From Obrimoposthia wandeli (Eukaryota), in assembly GCA_977020255.1 (NCBI GenBank), contig CDROCS010001843.1, forward strand, positions 124,001 to 188,000: DNA of 64,000 bases. Direction: 5' to 3'. The first letter of the stretch is position 1; each line of letters opens with the position of its first letter. Both the position numbers and the translations under genes were made by a program. Of the stretch, positions 23,615 to 39,000 are shown one piece after another. The notes below the pieces were generated by a model. That model was not told where the DNA came from. It ran no database searches and saw only the letters and a list, made by a program, of their open reading frames with translations.

Positions 23615-25414
23615 GTTTTTTTATAAACGTCTTGCTTAGAATCCCCATATGGAGACTTCCAAAGTGAGTATTGTAGCGATAGGTCTTATTGATGTCATTA
23701 GCCTACTTAGCTTATCGAATCTAAAGGTTTTTATGCTGTTTAGTTGTGAAAACTATTGTTGTATGATGTGGGTCTATAAACAGCCGGTTAAGCCGAAGGT
23801 AGTATAAATTTAAAAAATATTCTGACTATGCCTAGACTAAGAATTAGCTAGTTAGAAGCTGGACGACTCTAGCTCGACTCCAACCTTCTGATAACAAGAT
23901 ATATCTTGAAATTGGACAATATTTAGTGATTATTAATCGATTTGCTTCGTGATACTCTACTAGGGATGGAGTTATAATAACCTTACACGATTTTTTGGTT
24001 AAAATATATCCATTATTATATACTCGAGTAAACATTTTGTATAACTAATAAAACGACTTCTTAGTGTGGTGACACTCTAAGTTTTATGTGTTCACTACTA
24101 TAAAATTGCACTGATCGAGTTACTCCCAACTGCTGCTTATACTGTAGGTATATCAAATTATTTTCCTATTATTATAATATAATTTTTTCCCAATATTCAG
24201 ATAAAATTTAATTTAAATTCGACTAACAACTCCCAAAATTCAGATTATCCCCTATACCTGATCCTTATGATGTTGTCCAAAATAGTCCATATAGTTGGGT
24301 CCGCACTTGTTTCGTTGGCCAACTCCTAACAATCTGCCGGTTGGAGGTTTTCAGAATCTGCCTTTCGTTTCCAATGAACGGCTTTGTAATCTCTTTCCGC
24401 CGCGAACTGCTTCTGCTGGATAGCTTTTGAAGAAGGAATTAATTTGGAGAAGTAGGTCGGTAGTCTGTGTTGTAATTTGTTTCTGGAGGGGATTTAGAAT
24501 ATGTTGTTTCCATTCTCCAACGATTCCGGTATTTTTGTCAAACTCGTATTTCTATTGTGGGATCCGTCTATCCTTGGTCTCTATCCGATTCCGCTGTGAT
24601 ATATTGTTCGATAATTCCAATATCCTGCCTCAAATCACTTGAAAAAAATTCCACAGATTTCTTCTCCTTTCTGACTTGTCTACAATTTTATATTAAAAAC
24701 TAAATGACTTCAAATTTTCTTAAAAACCTTTTCTTAGGATTCCACTGCACTTGAATTATTGATTTTCTTGCACTTATTATCTGTATGTTAGCCTGGAAAG
24801 CCGGACCAAGCAGTTGAATTTCTGAATGGAATTGACACGGACTGGAGAAGATGAATTATTGAGGAATTTCCGTAGTGAATCTCGAGGTGCTTCTGTTTGG
24901 CCCTAACGATTTCAGTATTCACTGCACGATTTCTAATAGTTAAGTTACCCATTTATTGAAATTGTCGTAGACTAGAGCAGCTGTCTTCTCGTGACTGATA
25001 TGTTTGTTTTTATTTCAATACTGATTGTTCCATTTTCCTGAGCTTATCAGTGGCTCCTTTTATCTTTCTTCTTAGGCCTTTTTTACGCTGTTATCTTTGC
25101 TTACAAACACAATTCATTCAAGGTTTACCAAGGTTTTCACAAATTTGATAATTTTAATTTAAATTAAAAAGGTGATTCAACCATTATAATTAACCTTACT
25201 TATTGATCTCATTTTTTTATTTTTTGCATCCTAACAAATTCACCATTGAAAAAACTGATCCTTAACAATTTATTTTTAAGGACAATTGTAACACTAAAAT
25301 TTCCGGAAAACAATAATTGATTTGAAAATCTGATTATAATATTTTTAAAAATTATTTTGATCGTAACCATAACAAAAAAAGTATACTCATCAGACTGTTG
25401 TCTTGTTGCAACAG

Positions 25415-25416
<2 letters not shown>

Positions 25417-25495
<79 letters not shown>
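25417..25495. repeat. (AT)n microsatellite
   Basis: Visible directly. Confidence 0.97.
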
Positions 25496-25497
<2 letters not shown>

Positions 25498-27012
25498 TCG
25501 GCTACTTGGTTAGGACATGGATATCTGTAGGTGAAATGCTGGAGCTTCAATCTGTTCAAACAAATAACTGCGTTTTGGAAATGATTTAATATACTAATCA
25601 GCTCTTCTCAACGTTTTCAACAACAGTTTGTTACTGAAGATTATCTTACAAACCGGACGAATTGTTTCCCACTCATTTGGAATCAGGAAGTAAGCAACTA
25701 ATGCAAGTATTGGTCTAGAACTGGCTTGATGTAGCGATGGTAATTTTTCCCATTAGATATTCGACCGTAATTCGCTTTCTTTGTGATTCTTAAAAGCTTC
25801 ACACAACAAATATAGAAACTTCATGTATTCTCTTCAGCCAGGATTATAAACATCGGATGCATTCATATTTGGTGATACAAAAGTTGTTCGTATTAAAATA
25901 TTTGTAATTAATCTTATTGTGCGACCAAGAATGCAAGGCTAACATCCTGGCTTCAGAGGAACATCGTAATGGCGACGATAACTTTTTTGTTGTTGTAATT
26001 CTACTTATTTGTTACCTGAATTAACATTAGTGGGGTCACAAATGAACATCTTTATTGACAGCCTTACATCAAACTCATCTATCAGACTAACAAGAGCCGT
26101 TGTGATTACTACTACTCACATGTGACGCTTTATTTGTCGATATGTTTTTGTGTACTCGTTTAGCGACATGAATTGGCTTTGATTTTAGAGACTTCTTTCA
26201 AAATTATCTTCATCCTTTCTAATAGAAACATAACCAAACATGTACTTGAATTCGAATCATCATCTTTTAACATTTTTTTTTGTTTAGATAAGTTTATTTT
26301 TAAGGATCTATTTTTTCAAGTTCAATATCCAATTGTACCTGCAATTTGGTTATAATTTGAAATATTTCTTTGAAAATGTTTACTGCTATGATATATAAAT
26401 TGAGAAAATAAGCATTTTAAAAATTTAAATTAATATAATTTTTTAAAATGAAACGTTCAATGTCCCCTCAAACTTTTGCAAATAAATCAAAACACAAAAC
26501 ACAAATCAAAAAATAAAATTATAATATAAATAAATATAAAATAATTTTTACAAAAATTAAATAGAATATAAAGTTAAACAAATAAAACTAATTGAATTTA
26601 AAATCATTAAATAATTTCTTAAACTGAATAACTCAACAATATATCCACCGTGTTGGTTGTCGTTTTCCATTTATCCTTATTTGGCGAATTGAAGAATTTG
26701 AAAGAAGCATTCCTTTGGTGTTTATTTATGGAGACGAATTTCACAATTTTAGAGCATCAGTTCAATAGCTTGTATAGCATAAACTCAAAATCACATTTTG
26801 GAACAGTTAATTGATTTACGATTTATCATTATTATTACAGTCTTGCATTTGAATAACAATAGCATCAATCAGTGGAAGTGAAATTTGGCTCAGTGAATGA
26901 GTTAAATTTTTTTTCACAAATTATATCAATCGATAATAAGTGCGACGAACTTAATTATTTGATGATGAAATTATTTCTGAAGGATATTTTATTTTGTAAT
27001 TATTTATTGAAT

Positions 27013-27250
27013 TTAGCCTGTTTTATTAGACATGATACTGCGTCGCATCGACTGGTTCATTTTATTCTGCACAGTACTTTTCCGAAACCGCTCCGGCATC
27101 TTCGCCTGGTCCTTTTCCCAATTCCAGTCCACAGTGTCTTTACAAGGACGCTTTCGCACTATGCCCAGAATGAACTTACAGTTTTTGCAGATGTGCATCG
27201 CGTCTTTGCAACAGTTTCCCAATAGAGGACACACAGCACATGGAATCAAG
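27013..27250 (-). CDS. LITAF-domain C-half terminal exon (C1)
   Basis: Acceptor TTTTAG|C; LIPCAVCPLLGNCCKDAMHICKNCKFILG contains the second CxxC knuckle of the LITAF domain. Confidence 0.8.
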
Positions 27251-30200
27251 CTAAAACGAAGATGGAGGATGGTCACCAATTAACAGGATTTTGGTAATAT
27301 ATATTTTGACGACGCTTATCGCAAAAGTATTATGCATCAAGGGACAAGGAGCACCACAAAAATAATAAATGGTTTAAATTTATAAATATTCAAATCAGTT
27401 TAACTTTTAATACTTGTTTTAAATGTAAGTTAATTTCGAGACTTGTCAACAATTTTAAAATCAATCGAATGTTATTTTGTGAGGCATTGTGAGGCATTGA
27501 CACGATACGTTTGAGATACGTAATGTAAGTTATATAATTTTTTCAATGACTAATAATGAATTTTGATATATGTTTTAAAAAATCGATATATTTTTTGATG
27601 ATTTTGTAGTTATTTTTAAATTCACAATAAAATGATAACGTATATTTTTACATTTTTTTCGGATAATGATATTTGATTTTTAACAACAGAATTAATTCTT
27701 TTCTGAAGAAACATTTTTATATTTAGGCAATGACATTAAATCATGTGGACATATCTGTTTTTATTTTATATTTTTAGATCCCAAAAACTGAAATGAAACG
27801 AGTTCAGATAAGTGCTGCACAAAAGCAGATATTATGAAAACAAGAGAAGACTTTATACTTACAAAATTCAAAGCTGTCTGATTTCTTCACATAAAACCCA
27901 CAAGATAAACCGATTAAGGATCAAAGCAAATTTTTGCAATAGAAGAGGACGCAAATACTACTTCAAATTAAATACCTAATGACTTTGGAATTTTTGAGTG
28001 CCCACAAGCAGTTTCATTGAGCACGTCATTGGAAAACAAATCCATGAAGAGTATAATTATTGGACCATTCATTGAGACGAATCCTAGTTGTTATTTGTAC
28101 ATAAGCTGAACGCGTATTGGCCTTTTTGAGATCGGGTGAAAGATTGGGATAAATCTGTGAAAGAAACATTTAGGGTTACTTGACCTCATAAGTCCGTTTG
28201 ATCTATTTTTTGATCCATTACAGGTCACTTTTTGAAATACGGAAATTTTGACAAAATTCAAACAATCGAGACATTTTCTTTTCTTAGTGATGCGCCATTT
28301 AATGTCATACTGATAGGAATGAGGAAAATAAATTATTAACAATTGTGGGTTATGAGTATCAATTTATTGATGATTCGTGTCGTTAATTTCATTTTATCCT
28401 GAATATGATTTTGGTTTAATTTTGGGGTTACAATAGAATATTACAATAGAGTATAATAACTTTTTAATTTCGAGCTGCAATAATTCGAAAATGTTAACTA
28501 GTGTACTTGTTTCTCTATTTCTAATTATTTATTGGTCTGATTCTCATTTGTGCTCGCTTTTGTGATCTTCCGTTCCTAGTTTCAGTACTTGGTTTTGATC
28601 TGCTGGAAGTTATGTTACTTGATTTGATCCGACTGCAATTCCAATATTTGAGTTCCGTCTGACAGTTCATTTTGTTTGCATTGATTATTTGCTGACAATT
28701 ACAGTGTCGAGTTCTTAATCGAAATGATCTTGATTTGCGACTCTTCCGTTCCGATCCAACTCACTTCAATTTCAACAAAAATAGATTTGTGTCAAACTGG
28801 AAATAGGTTTTTCTTATATACCTGCCTACCGACTTCGAACTTGCTCGCCCGCCGGTGGCCAATGGAACCAATGAGGATGGATGTCACTACGCTAGAATTT
28901 GAAGGTCAATTAAATCGACGAGGCCGGATGTTGCTGTGCTAGACTCCGGTGGCCAATTTGTCAAACTGGACCTTAATCAGCTGGATACCGCCGTTGTATA
29001 TGGTGACTTTCACCGATAATTGCGATGTGGATTTCCACCATGCAAACCCGTCGGCCCCTCGAGCTCCGGCTCCAATCTTCTACGGCATCCTTCTACACTT
29101 TCCCCAATTTAGAAACACACTTTCATGACATTGAGAAGGTTCCAAATTTCTTGATTTAATTTAATAATTTTAAATGAGGAGGTTGTTCAGGCAGCATAAA
29201 TGACTATTTCGATAATTTTATTTTGTCTTTCCTCATTCCTAACAATTTGAAGGTATAAAATTAACCTATCTAAGCATTTTGAAACATTCAATAGTCCGTT
29301 AACAAACGTGCTCCTTTAGTTAGAGGTATATTTTCTATATAATCACATATTTCGTGCAATAAGGTACACCGATCAATTTCCTCGACACTTCATTTTTAAT
29401 ATATACTCTATAGAAAAATAATAAATGCTCAATTTATTCTGTCCCATGTTTGCGTGTCGTAAAGTCTATTATATTAGGTAATTAAACAGTTTTCAGGGCA
29501 TCATTTCTTTATGGGTCACCTGATTTAAAGGAATAGTATCGTAAAAAACAATGCAGAAATTTCATAAAATAAGAATCCAACAAATAAGAATGCAATAGCA
29601 AAATTTTCTAAAAATCATCATCTAACATAAATCAATGATACCATGAAAGCTGCTTAGTTGCATACAGTAGGAAGCACACACAAGCAAACACATGGCAGAA
29701 AAATATGGGTACGTGCTATTTTTCTAATGTGGCAAACTAAATGTGAATTAAAATTATACAAATCAAAATAAAATTTGCTTATTTGTAGAACAAATAATTT
29801 TCAAGGTAGAAATGAAATAATTAAAATTAAATATAGAACCAAATTATTAAAAAATAATTAAGGGTAAATATTAAAATTGGGCAGCATAAAAAATAATATA
29901 AATATGGAAATGTTGATTACAACAACTGGGAAATGTTAAATGCACCTACTGCATCAAATCTATGGTTAGAACGATTGAAAAAGTAAATATAAGTCGAATG
30001 CAAAGCCTAGTTGATTGCACAGAAAACTAGACACCAAAATCGCTGCAAAAACTTTGAGAAATGACTTCAGAAAAGCAGGACCAAACAACTGGGACTATAC
30101 GAGGATCCGAAACCAAAACATCTTTACTGCAAGAGTGGCGAATCGCACCAATTTTAACTTAAGTTAGTATAATGATTGAGTCTTCTTATTATAGGATAGT

Positions 30201-30859
30201 TACAGCTTTTAACACTTTTATTAACTTGAGAATCCATATAAAGTTTCTTTTTAAACAGAATTCCCAGATTGATGATAAAATCTTTTCCCTATACCTCATT
30301 GTTATCGATTTTAAAGAAACCTTTTTAACTACACTATAAATCTGAAAGTATTTTTGGATACAAAAACAATGAATTATGCCTTTCCTTCAATTAATTTTCA
30401 GCTTTTATCTTAGTCAAAATTTCAATTTTCCTCAAATTTCAACAAAACAATCAATCAGATATGAAAGAAAGAGTAAAAGTAGCTGTTTCAAAATAAGAAT
30501 TGCTGAAACTAAATGGTAAGCAAAGAATCGTAGGGGGCTGCTCAAAATCGCTGTTGATGAAATTCAAGTATCCTATGCGCTTAGTCTTTGAATTTAGTAG
30601 GCCAAAATAACCACCGTATCATCTACCACCTGTAAACTGCTCTTGTTCAGTTGAGAAGTGTATGTATGTCTAAGGACATGTATAGATTTTTGTGTAGTTT
30701 GAGTAGTACAGGAAGAGGTATGTGAGTGTAGACGGATATAGTTAAAGTAAATACTGTCGCTCCCGAAGAGCGCGATTTTTTGGTAGTTACATTCAACCAT
30801 GTCGGGTGCGAATTTTGGTAGCCTGGAGGGGTGCGTTATTTTAGCTTCGCCGAATAGGG

Positions 30860-30923
30860 GGCTTTAAGACAGGAGGGGTAGGGGAGGGGAATGAATGGAT
30901 TAGACCGGACATATCCACCTACT
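30860..30923 (-). mobile_element. isolated family A-like Polinton terminus
   Basis: GGATTAGACCGGACATATCCACCTACT is the reverse complement of the family A end; similarity fades after about 30-60 bp. Confidence 0.7.
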
Positions 30924-32495
30924 AACGCTGTATTTTCTTTCCAATATGTCTGTACGATAACCTTTGATCATGATAAACCAAAATTTCTCCCTCTTCGAAA
31001 TCCAATAATGCTTCACATTTACCTATCAAATTTTTTTATAATAAATCGTCGTCAATTTAACAAATAATTGTAACTCATTTTTACGGATTCGTTTATTTAC
31101 AAATTTTATTTGTGATACCGTAATGTATCTTCCTAAAATGTTTATTAAATTCTGAATAATAATAAGAATATATATATAAATAATAATCGTAACTCGAATA
31201 AACATACTAAACATCCAGATATTATTATTTTTAATTATATAGGATGTTTACACTTGCATGTGGTATTTACAATAAGACATCAAGTGAATATATTTAATTG
31301 GTTTTCACGGTACCTATACGGCATATTCTACCTATATACACCACTTCACTAAATTCAGTGTTTAAATTTAAATCCGTCCTTTAAGAACACTTTTTCTAAA
31401 ATTATTAAGAAATTATTTTGACTTGTTTAAAACACATTCATAAACATATTAATTTCCTCTAGATTTGTAATTTTTTTCAAAATCACAAACTAATGCAGCC
31501 TAAAAGTTTGCTATTTATGACAAAGCATTTTACGAAAAATGTAACTGTGTTATGAATGAAATTTTAATTAGATAAAGTGAAATTTTATTATTGAAATTTC
31601 CAAATTTTTTTTAATGTAATGTAAATTGAATCTAATTAATTGTATGGAATGATATCCAACAATAATTTGTAATTTATATGAAAACAAACTTTACGAACAA
31701 ATATAAAAACATAGACACAATTAAATTTCAAATTCACAAACATATGTTAATACAAATCGCAAAATAATATCAAGTTATAACTTCCGAAAATATATGGATC
31801 TATGGAATTGGAATACTAATTTATTATCTATATTAAATTATTATTTTATTATTTATTTTCACATTTCGATTTTGATAGATATTCAAATTCTATAACGATA
31901 AATTATTTTATTAGTTTATCATTTTATAAAGATGTGTGGGAATTAGGATTAACTGATTTAAGAAACAGGTCATTTTCTAATGAGCATTATAGAAAGATTT
32001 TCATCAAATTATAATTAAGACATAAAGTAAAAAGTAAAAGAAAATAATAAACTGAATGCAATAATATATTATGTTATCAGAGAATTTAGCCAAAAATAAC
32101 TAAGATAAATTCATAATTAGTATAAAGTAGCACAAATAAATATGATAACATAAATAAAACTTGGAGAAAAAAGTAAACTCAGTTAAAATCAGCAAAGTTT
32201 AAATAAAATGTCTAGTTTGAGCAGAATGGACTTTCATAGAAATTTTGTGAAAATTCTTCTTTGTCATTTCAAAATTGAAGTCTAATCAAATTATATTTTT
32301 GATTTATTGTTACTTTGTTTCGACCTTTTCTTTGAAGCTAGTTCAAACCATCTTGTAGTCAAATTCTTTGGAAGATCACACGAACAGAATAGCCAAAATA
32401 TGCACAAGCTAATTCTATGTTAAATTTTCTCCTAATTCCAAACCGGTTTGTTTACTTGATGCATGTAGTTCTTTGATTTCCGCTTCTTCACTTGA

Positions 32496-32877
32496 TTAAG
32501 AGTCGTCAGACACACTATCTCTTTTGAAAGACATTTTCGACCTTCTTCTTTCCTTGGCACTCTCACTGTGTAGCAGAATTGAGGCTTCTGGAGACTGTCG
32601 AAGATTGACTTCTGGACTTTCATTCGATTTCAGAGCCTTTACTTTCTCATTGTTTTCAGCTATGCTCCGTCGCATGGATGTGCGCATTTTGCTCCTTACG
32701 GAGCTTTTTTCAAAACGAGTCGGCAACTTTATCTGGTCTTGGTCCCAATTCCAATTGACAGAATTTCCACACGGTAGCTTCCTCACGATACCAAGAATAA
32801 ACTTGCATTTGGGGCAGATGTGCATCCGGTCTTTGAAGCAGGTGCTCAATAACGGAAACCAAGCACAGGGAACTAGG
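32496..32877 (-). CDS. LITAF-domain C-half terminal exon (C2)
   Basis: Acceptor TTTCAG|C; LVPCAWFPLLSTCFKDRMHICPKCKFILG. Confidence 0.8.
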
Positions 32878-34499
32878 CTGAAAAGGTTAAGATTGGTCTT
32901 TACTTTGCTGAATAGAACTCATAAAAATTGTAAAATTGATTCCCTTAAATATCTTTTATGTTTTGAAGCACTTAATCTGTCATAAAAAGTCATTGGAAAT
33001 AAAAGTTATCTGACAAAATAAATCATAGCCAAAATATACGTTTGAGATAAATATGTTAAAAAGGATTCTTTGACTTCTTATGTCACACAAATCTGAATGC
33101 ATAATTCAGGGATTGAATGGGCATGTTATACATCTATTGTGTTGAGCACAGGATATATGCGAGCAATAAGGCACATTGTCCAATTGTTAGATTAAGGGAA
33201 AAAATAAATTAAAATAAATAATGCATTATTTATAACAAATATTTTACCTCAAAATATTCAAAGATTAAATATGTTTTTTTTAAATAAATTAAGGCCTTAA
33301 AGGTCATACAAACGAATATAAGAGAATGAAAGTGTAGAAAAAAGGCTTAGGAAGATTGTGGAATTAGTTAGAGATTTAACAACTAGGGAAGTCAATAACT
33401 AGCGAAATAAAATGAGTCAGTCGACTTAATTCGTGAAATTTCACACCGTTCGCGAAATTCTCGATACATCAAGTAATATCCGGACAACAAAGCTCTGCGA
33501 CAGTATCTGACCGACCAACGATTCAGCGAGTCATCACCTCGAGTACACAGTAACTTTGAACACAATAGCAAACCATAAACAGAAAACAACAAGTATACCA
33601 CTAGTTTATCACTAAATGTAACATAAATTTCTACATCATCAACTGAATCTCGGTCCTATTAGCCAAATTCAAATTATGATTTATCAAAAGTTGACTTTTT
33701 TCACAGGTTTTCTGGCAAACAGAAAAAAGGGAAGCTTCAGTATATAGAAAATAATGATAAGAATTTAAAATGTCTTAGTGACTGTAAAATTTTTAATAAA
33801 ATGTTGTTTATTTGCAGTTTGAAGCAATTGTTTTTATTTATTTTTATTACTTATTTTATGTTATAGTATCATTTGTAAAAACAAACAAAAAAGTCAATTA
33901 AATAAAATCTTATTTCATAATTTTCTTCAAAAAATTTCCGAAAATAATGCATGAAAATTTAGAAATCATATTCAAGTTTTATTATTTAATTGTTCATATT
34001 TTTATAAATTTTTAAATTAATTATTAAAGGAATTTTTATAAACTTATACATCAATACTTGTATAAGACGAATAATAAAATTAAAATGATTTAATTTTTGT
34101 TATATTTAAATTTGCAAATAAATTTATTTTAGTTTTCAAATAATTACTATGTACATAATTATTGTTAGAAATCTTCACAAAAAAATAAATATTAAAAAAA
34201 AATAAGGGAGGGCTTTCAACTTGGACACTCAGAATAATATATATATAGATAATGGTAAAATATCAAAGCTTTTCCGTGCGAAGTTAAAATAAGTCTGTAT
34301 TGAGCCAAAAGAAAGTCTAAAAGATATTAAACGAATTAAATTTATTTGATCAAAAATACTACAAAATCTAGATTTTTTTCAGTAAAGTAATTCTTAAATA
34401 TAATGAGGATTATATATATATATATATATATATATATAACTAGTAATTTAAAGAAAATTACTTTTTTGAAAATGATATCAAATGTAAATTACAAATATA

Positions 34500-35000
34500 C
34501 AGTCCACCTCCGATAATCCGAACATGTAAAAACATAAATAGTTTCGGATAGCTATTTTTTTGGATTACGGGGTTTTTTCTGAAAATTAACATGCATAAAT
34601 GCACACATATTCATTCAATTCTTTTCCAGAAAATCATTCGATGTAGTTGGTCTCATGTGTTTTATACGTAATTCTTAGATATTTTCTTTCATTTCAGTCA
34701 AATGATTTTTTAGATTTGGATGAAATCTTACTGAAACTGTTTTTAAATTTAAATAATCGAAAATAACTTCAATTGCATTGTACACATCTTTGATACGAAC
34801 TCCAGCTTTAACAATATCGTCATCATCACAAGTTTATCTAGTTTTAACCGAAGAAATAAGTTGAATAATTTACTTGTCGGTTATGTTGTCACAAGTTTCT
34901 AGATCATTTATATATTTTATGGAATGGATACGAACCATTGAAAATCAAATCAATTTCTTCTTCGATAACGATTTCTTCTGATTCTATAATACCAGTTTTA
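34500..35000 (-). mobile_element. pogo/Tigger-like DNA transposon 3' remnant
   Basis: TA|CAGTCCACCTCCGATAATCCGAAC terminus; degenerate acidic transposase C-terminus on the minus strand; second TIR not found. Confidence 0.5.
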
Positions 35001-36024
35001 TTATTTTAATCGTTACTTAGAGCAACATTTATTATTTTTATGAAATTTTGATATCCTCTGTTCTTATCATATATGGAGAGCGACGGGTATGCTTGATAGA
35101 ATAAACCCGTTTCATCCATTTTAATATAGTGTCTGGATCAATGCCATTTAAGACGTCTAATATTTTCTTTCTTCCAGATTGAACATCTTCAATGGAAGTA
35201 GAATTTGCTTCACCATAAAGAATTCTTTTCAAGAGGTTATGACGACACTTAAAGCAACCACTTGAAAAGGCAACAAAAAATAAGCGCATAAATGAATTTC
35301 GTAATAATTTTAAATTTATTTTTATTTCTTTTTCTTTTTCATATGAATATTATTTAGGTTTCTAATTTTATAATGTAATAATCTTAAAATTAAAATAACA
35401 AAATTTTAATCTGGAAATATAATTTAAGTACCAAGTTATTAATTAAACACACAGATGGAAATAATTAATAGAAACGTTTAAAGAATAACATGGAAAACCA
35501 TCCATGTTATTTATTTTGATAACTTTAAATTCTGACATTTTTTAATTTTTATCCCCAGAGAAAATTTAGCACAAAGTATTCCATATATATTATGGGTTTT
35601 ATTAAAATTAATAATATAGAGATTATTTTATTGTTTCCACAAATGTCAGATTTTTATAACTCTCAAATTAAATTTTATATTATTATCTTTAACAAAATAA
35701 ATAGAACAAACATTTTTAACGCTTGTGTGTAAATACAGACTTATTTTGAGCTCTCACGGACAGCCCTTAGGGAGTTTAACTAAACCATTATCTATCCATA
35801 TAAAAATCATTCGATTATAAGCGGCCAAGTTCGAAACATCCTCTTGTAAGTATGGTTACAATGTAACTTACATAAATTTAATTGGGAATGTCACTACACC
35901 TAATAGCGAGATTACTGTCTCACAAATGTTACTGGAATTATATCTATAACAATTGAATTTATACATTAAGTTCATTTGCAAAGCTTTAATCTTCTTAACT
36001 TTGTTTATGTGGCTAATGATATTT

Positions 36025-39000
36025 AGTAGGAGTAAGTGAGGACTAGCGGCCACCCCTTGAAGTAGGTCAAATTTCTCCCGAGTAGTCATGTTGACATGGT
36101 TTTTTCAGGTCAAGGTCATTCTGTAGGTAAAATTTCTCCGGAGAAGGTCAACTTTCTCCCTTGTAAAAGGAAAATATTAGAAATTTATTAGAATGAATCT
36201 AATAATCAATAAATCGAGGTATATCTATCCATTTCTAACATGTCTATCGTTTCATGAATTTTCTTTCAAAAACCTTTATCCCTAACTTTCAGAGAAATCA
36301 CCAAATACCATAAATTCATATATTACCATACATATTGATTATTGAAAAACTGAAATTATCAATATTATTATCAACATCTAGTGGCTGATAGTAGGAATAA
36401 TGATTTTTCTAATATGTCATTGAGATTTAGAGTATAAAGTGGAGTAATGTAACTAATTATGGAGAAGACTTAGATGTTTTGAAAGTTAAATAGATTATTA
36501 TACAAGCCCACATACAATTCATTTAAACAGATCAATATAATCCAATCAATAAACCATTTGGGGCGGATAAGATATCCTAAATTTCCTTAGCATGTAATTA
36601 ATGTCTCTTCTAGAGCCAGCTAAATATCCTAACTTTCTCTCATATATTGATATACGTCTATTTATTATTCACTTTAGCACCAGTTTAGCCATTTTCCTAT
36701 AATTCGCAATAATTTCTAGCTCATCAATTTCAGAGACTCCTTATTTAGTAAACATTATATATATAGATTATCAAATAATGAAAGAATATTTAGATATAAC
36801 TGATACTTCAACGGTCTTAGATCAATTTCAGAGTTATACTATAAATCAATAATCAAGTATTTCAAAATTACCCTAACAGGTAGACTGCTAATACTCTAAC
36901 CAAAACATACTCTGATTATCTTTACCTAAATTACTGTGACTTAATAGTGGAAGTTGTTAGAGTGAGTTACAGCTACATTATTGATTCAAATCATGTATCC
37001 CATCTTTATGATAGAAATATTGATAAAGATAGACATTTAGGTAATATCATCTTAGAATATTACAAATCTCATATAACAAAATCACTAAATAACGCATAGA
37101 AGAGAAGAATAATATGGAGGTTAAGAAGAGGATAATTTCGTGGTAGTTGAGGGATTAAGTATAAGAAAATTAGCTAATCATCTATGCATAAACCTTAAAT
37201 ATCATACATTTCCTGAAATTATCCTCTAACCATTTAAATATCATAAATTTATATTCTAGAAGCATCTAGCTAATATCTCCTCTGGACCCACATTTTATCT
37301 TCTATGACATTTTCCCTTCTAAAATCCTTCTAAATTATTAATATCTATGCTTAAATTTGCTTCTAAAACCTCTAATTTCTCTTCTGAAACCACCACCTTG
37401 TTAAATCTTTGAAATATCATAAATTTCCAGAACAACTCGTAAAATATCACAAATTTCCTGACACCTCGTAAATTTCTTCTAAGATGGTTTTATGCTTATT
37501 CTTTTAGAATCATCTAAATATCATAAATGGCATGGACATCTAGTTAATTTGTCTTCCAAACCATCTAATATTACAAATCCCATATACATTACATTTATTC
37601 CTTCTCTATACATTTCCTTATTCTAAATCAGCTAATATGATAAACATCATACATACTTATTAATTTCCTCTAAAACTTTCGTAATAATCACTAATATTCC
37701 CTCTAAACCATCTTAATATCACTAAATAATCCATCTCAGGGAATTATCTTCTATAAACACCTTGTTAATTTCCCTCTCTGAACATAAATGAATATATATA
37801 TTTATAATATATATTTCTCTGTATATCTTTAAATTATATTATTTATATCAGTAATTTAAGTAACTAATAAAATGTATTGAATATTATAATTTAATAAATA
37901 TTTCCAATTATATTATAAGTAATTTAAGTAACTAATAAAAATATATAATTAATTTTAAAAATAATTGATTTTCTTTTAAATAATTAATTATGAAAATAAT
38001 CAAAAAATAAATTTGAAAATTCAATATGGCGATTAATTTTTAATAATAATGAATGGATTTCAGATTACAGGTAAGTTTTTATTAATTATCTTTTATTAAA
38101 TAATTTTTAGATGAAGATGATGAAGAAGATGAATATTATATGCTGGATTATGATGAAGACAAGATGAGGACGAGATATTATAATAAAGGTTTGCATTGAT
38201 GAGATAAAGATTAAATGCTAGATTATGATGAAGACAAGATGAATGATTGCGATGAATGATGACGGATTGCAATAATGAAGATAATGAGATGAAGGATGAG
38301 AGATTGTGATAATGGTGAGATGAGGATAAAGGATAGCGATAGTGAAGATAATATGCTTAATTATGATGAAAACATGATGAATGATTGTGATGAAGGATTA
38401 TATTGATGAGATGGTGAGATGAGGATGAGAGATTAGATGGCGGATTATGTTGAAGACAATATGAAGGATTACGATAAAGGATTGTATTGATGAGGTGGAG
38501 GATGAAGATTAGATGCTGAATTATTATGAATGACTGCGTGAAGGATGGCATTGATGAGATGAAGGTGATAATGAAGATGATGAAATGAAGGATGAGGAAT
38601 TGCGATAATGAAGATTAGATGCAGGATTATGATGAAGACAATAGGAAAGATTACGACAAAGGATTGTATGGATGAGATGAAGTATTATGATGAGGATAAG
38701 TTTCCTTTGGATAATATTATAAAACACTAACATTAAATTTTGATAAATATTTGTTACTTGTAAATAAAAGTAATACAAATATTTTAAAGTTTTAAGTTTT
38801 TTGAACTTTTTAAAAATTTAAACTAAAATAATTTTGAATTTTTTTTTTTGAAAATCCGCCAAAAATAATTTTAGGAAAATTTGAATTTGACGTGCAAAAA
38901 TATTGATGCGTTTAAACAAAAATGACCATGACTCGTTTAAACAAAAGAATGACCTTCAAATAATCTTTACCTGAAAATATCATGCCTACTCGGGAGAAAT

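Noticed and set aside
25209-25589. (YI)n ORFs
   Set aside because: Translations of the (AT)n microsatellite
24300-26200. Possible degraded gag or transposase relics
   Set aside because: Composition is coding-like, but I could not read any diagnostic motif with confidence
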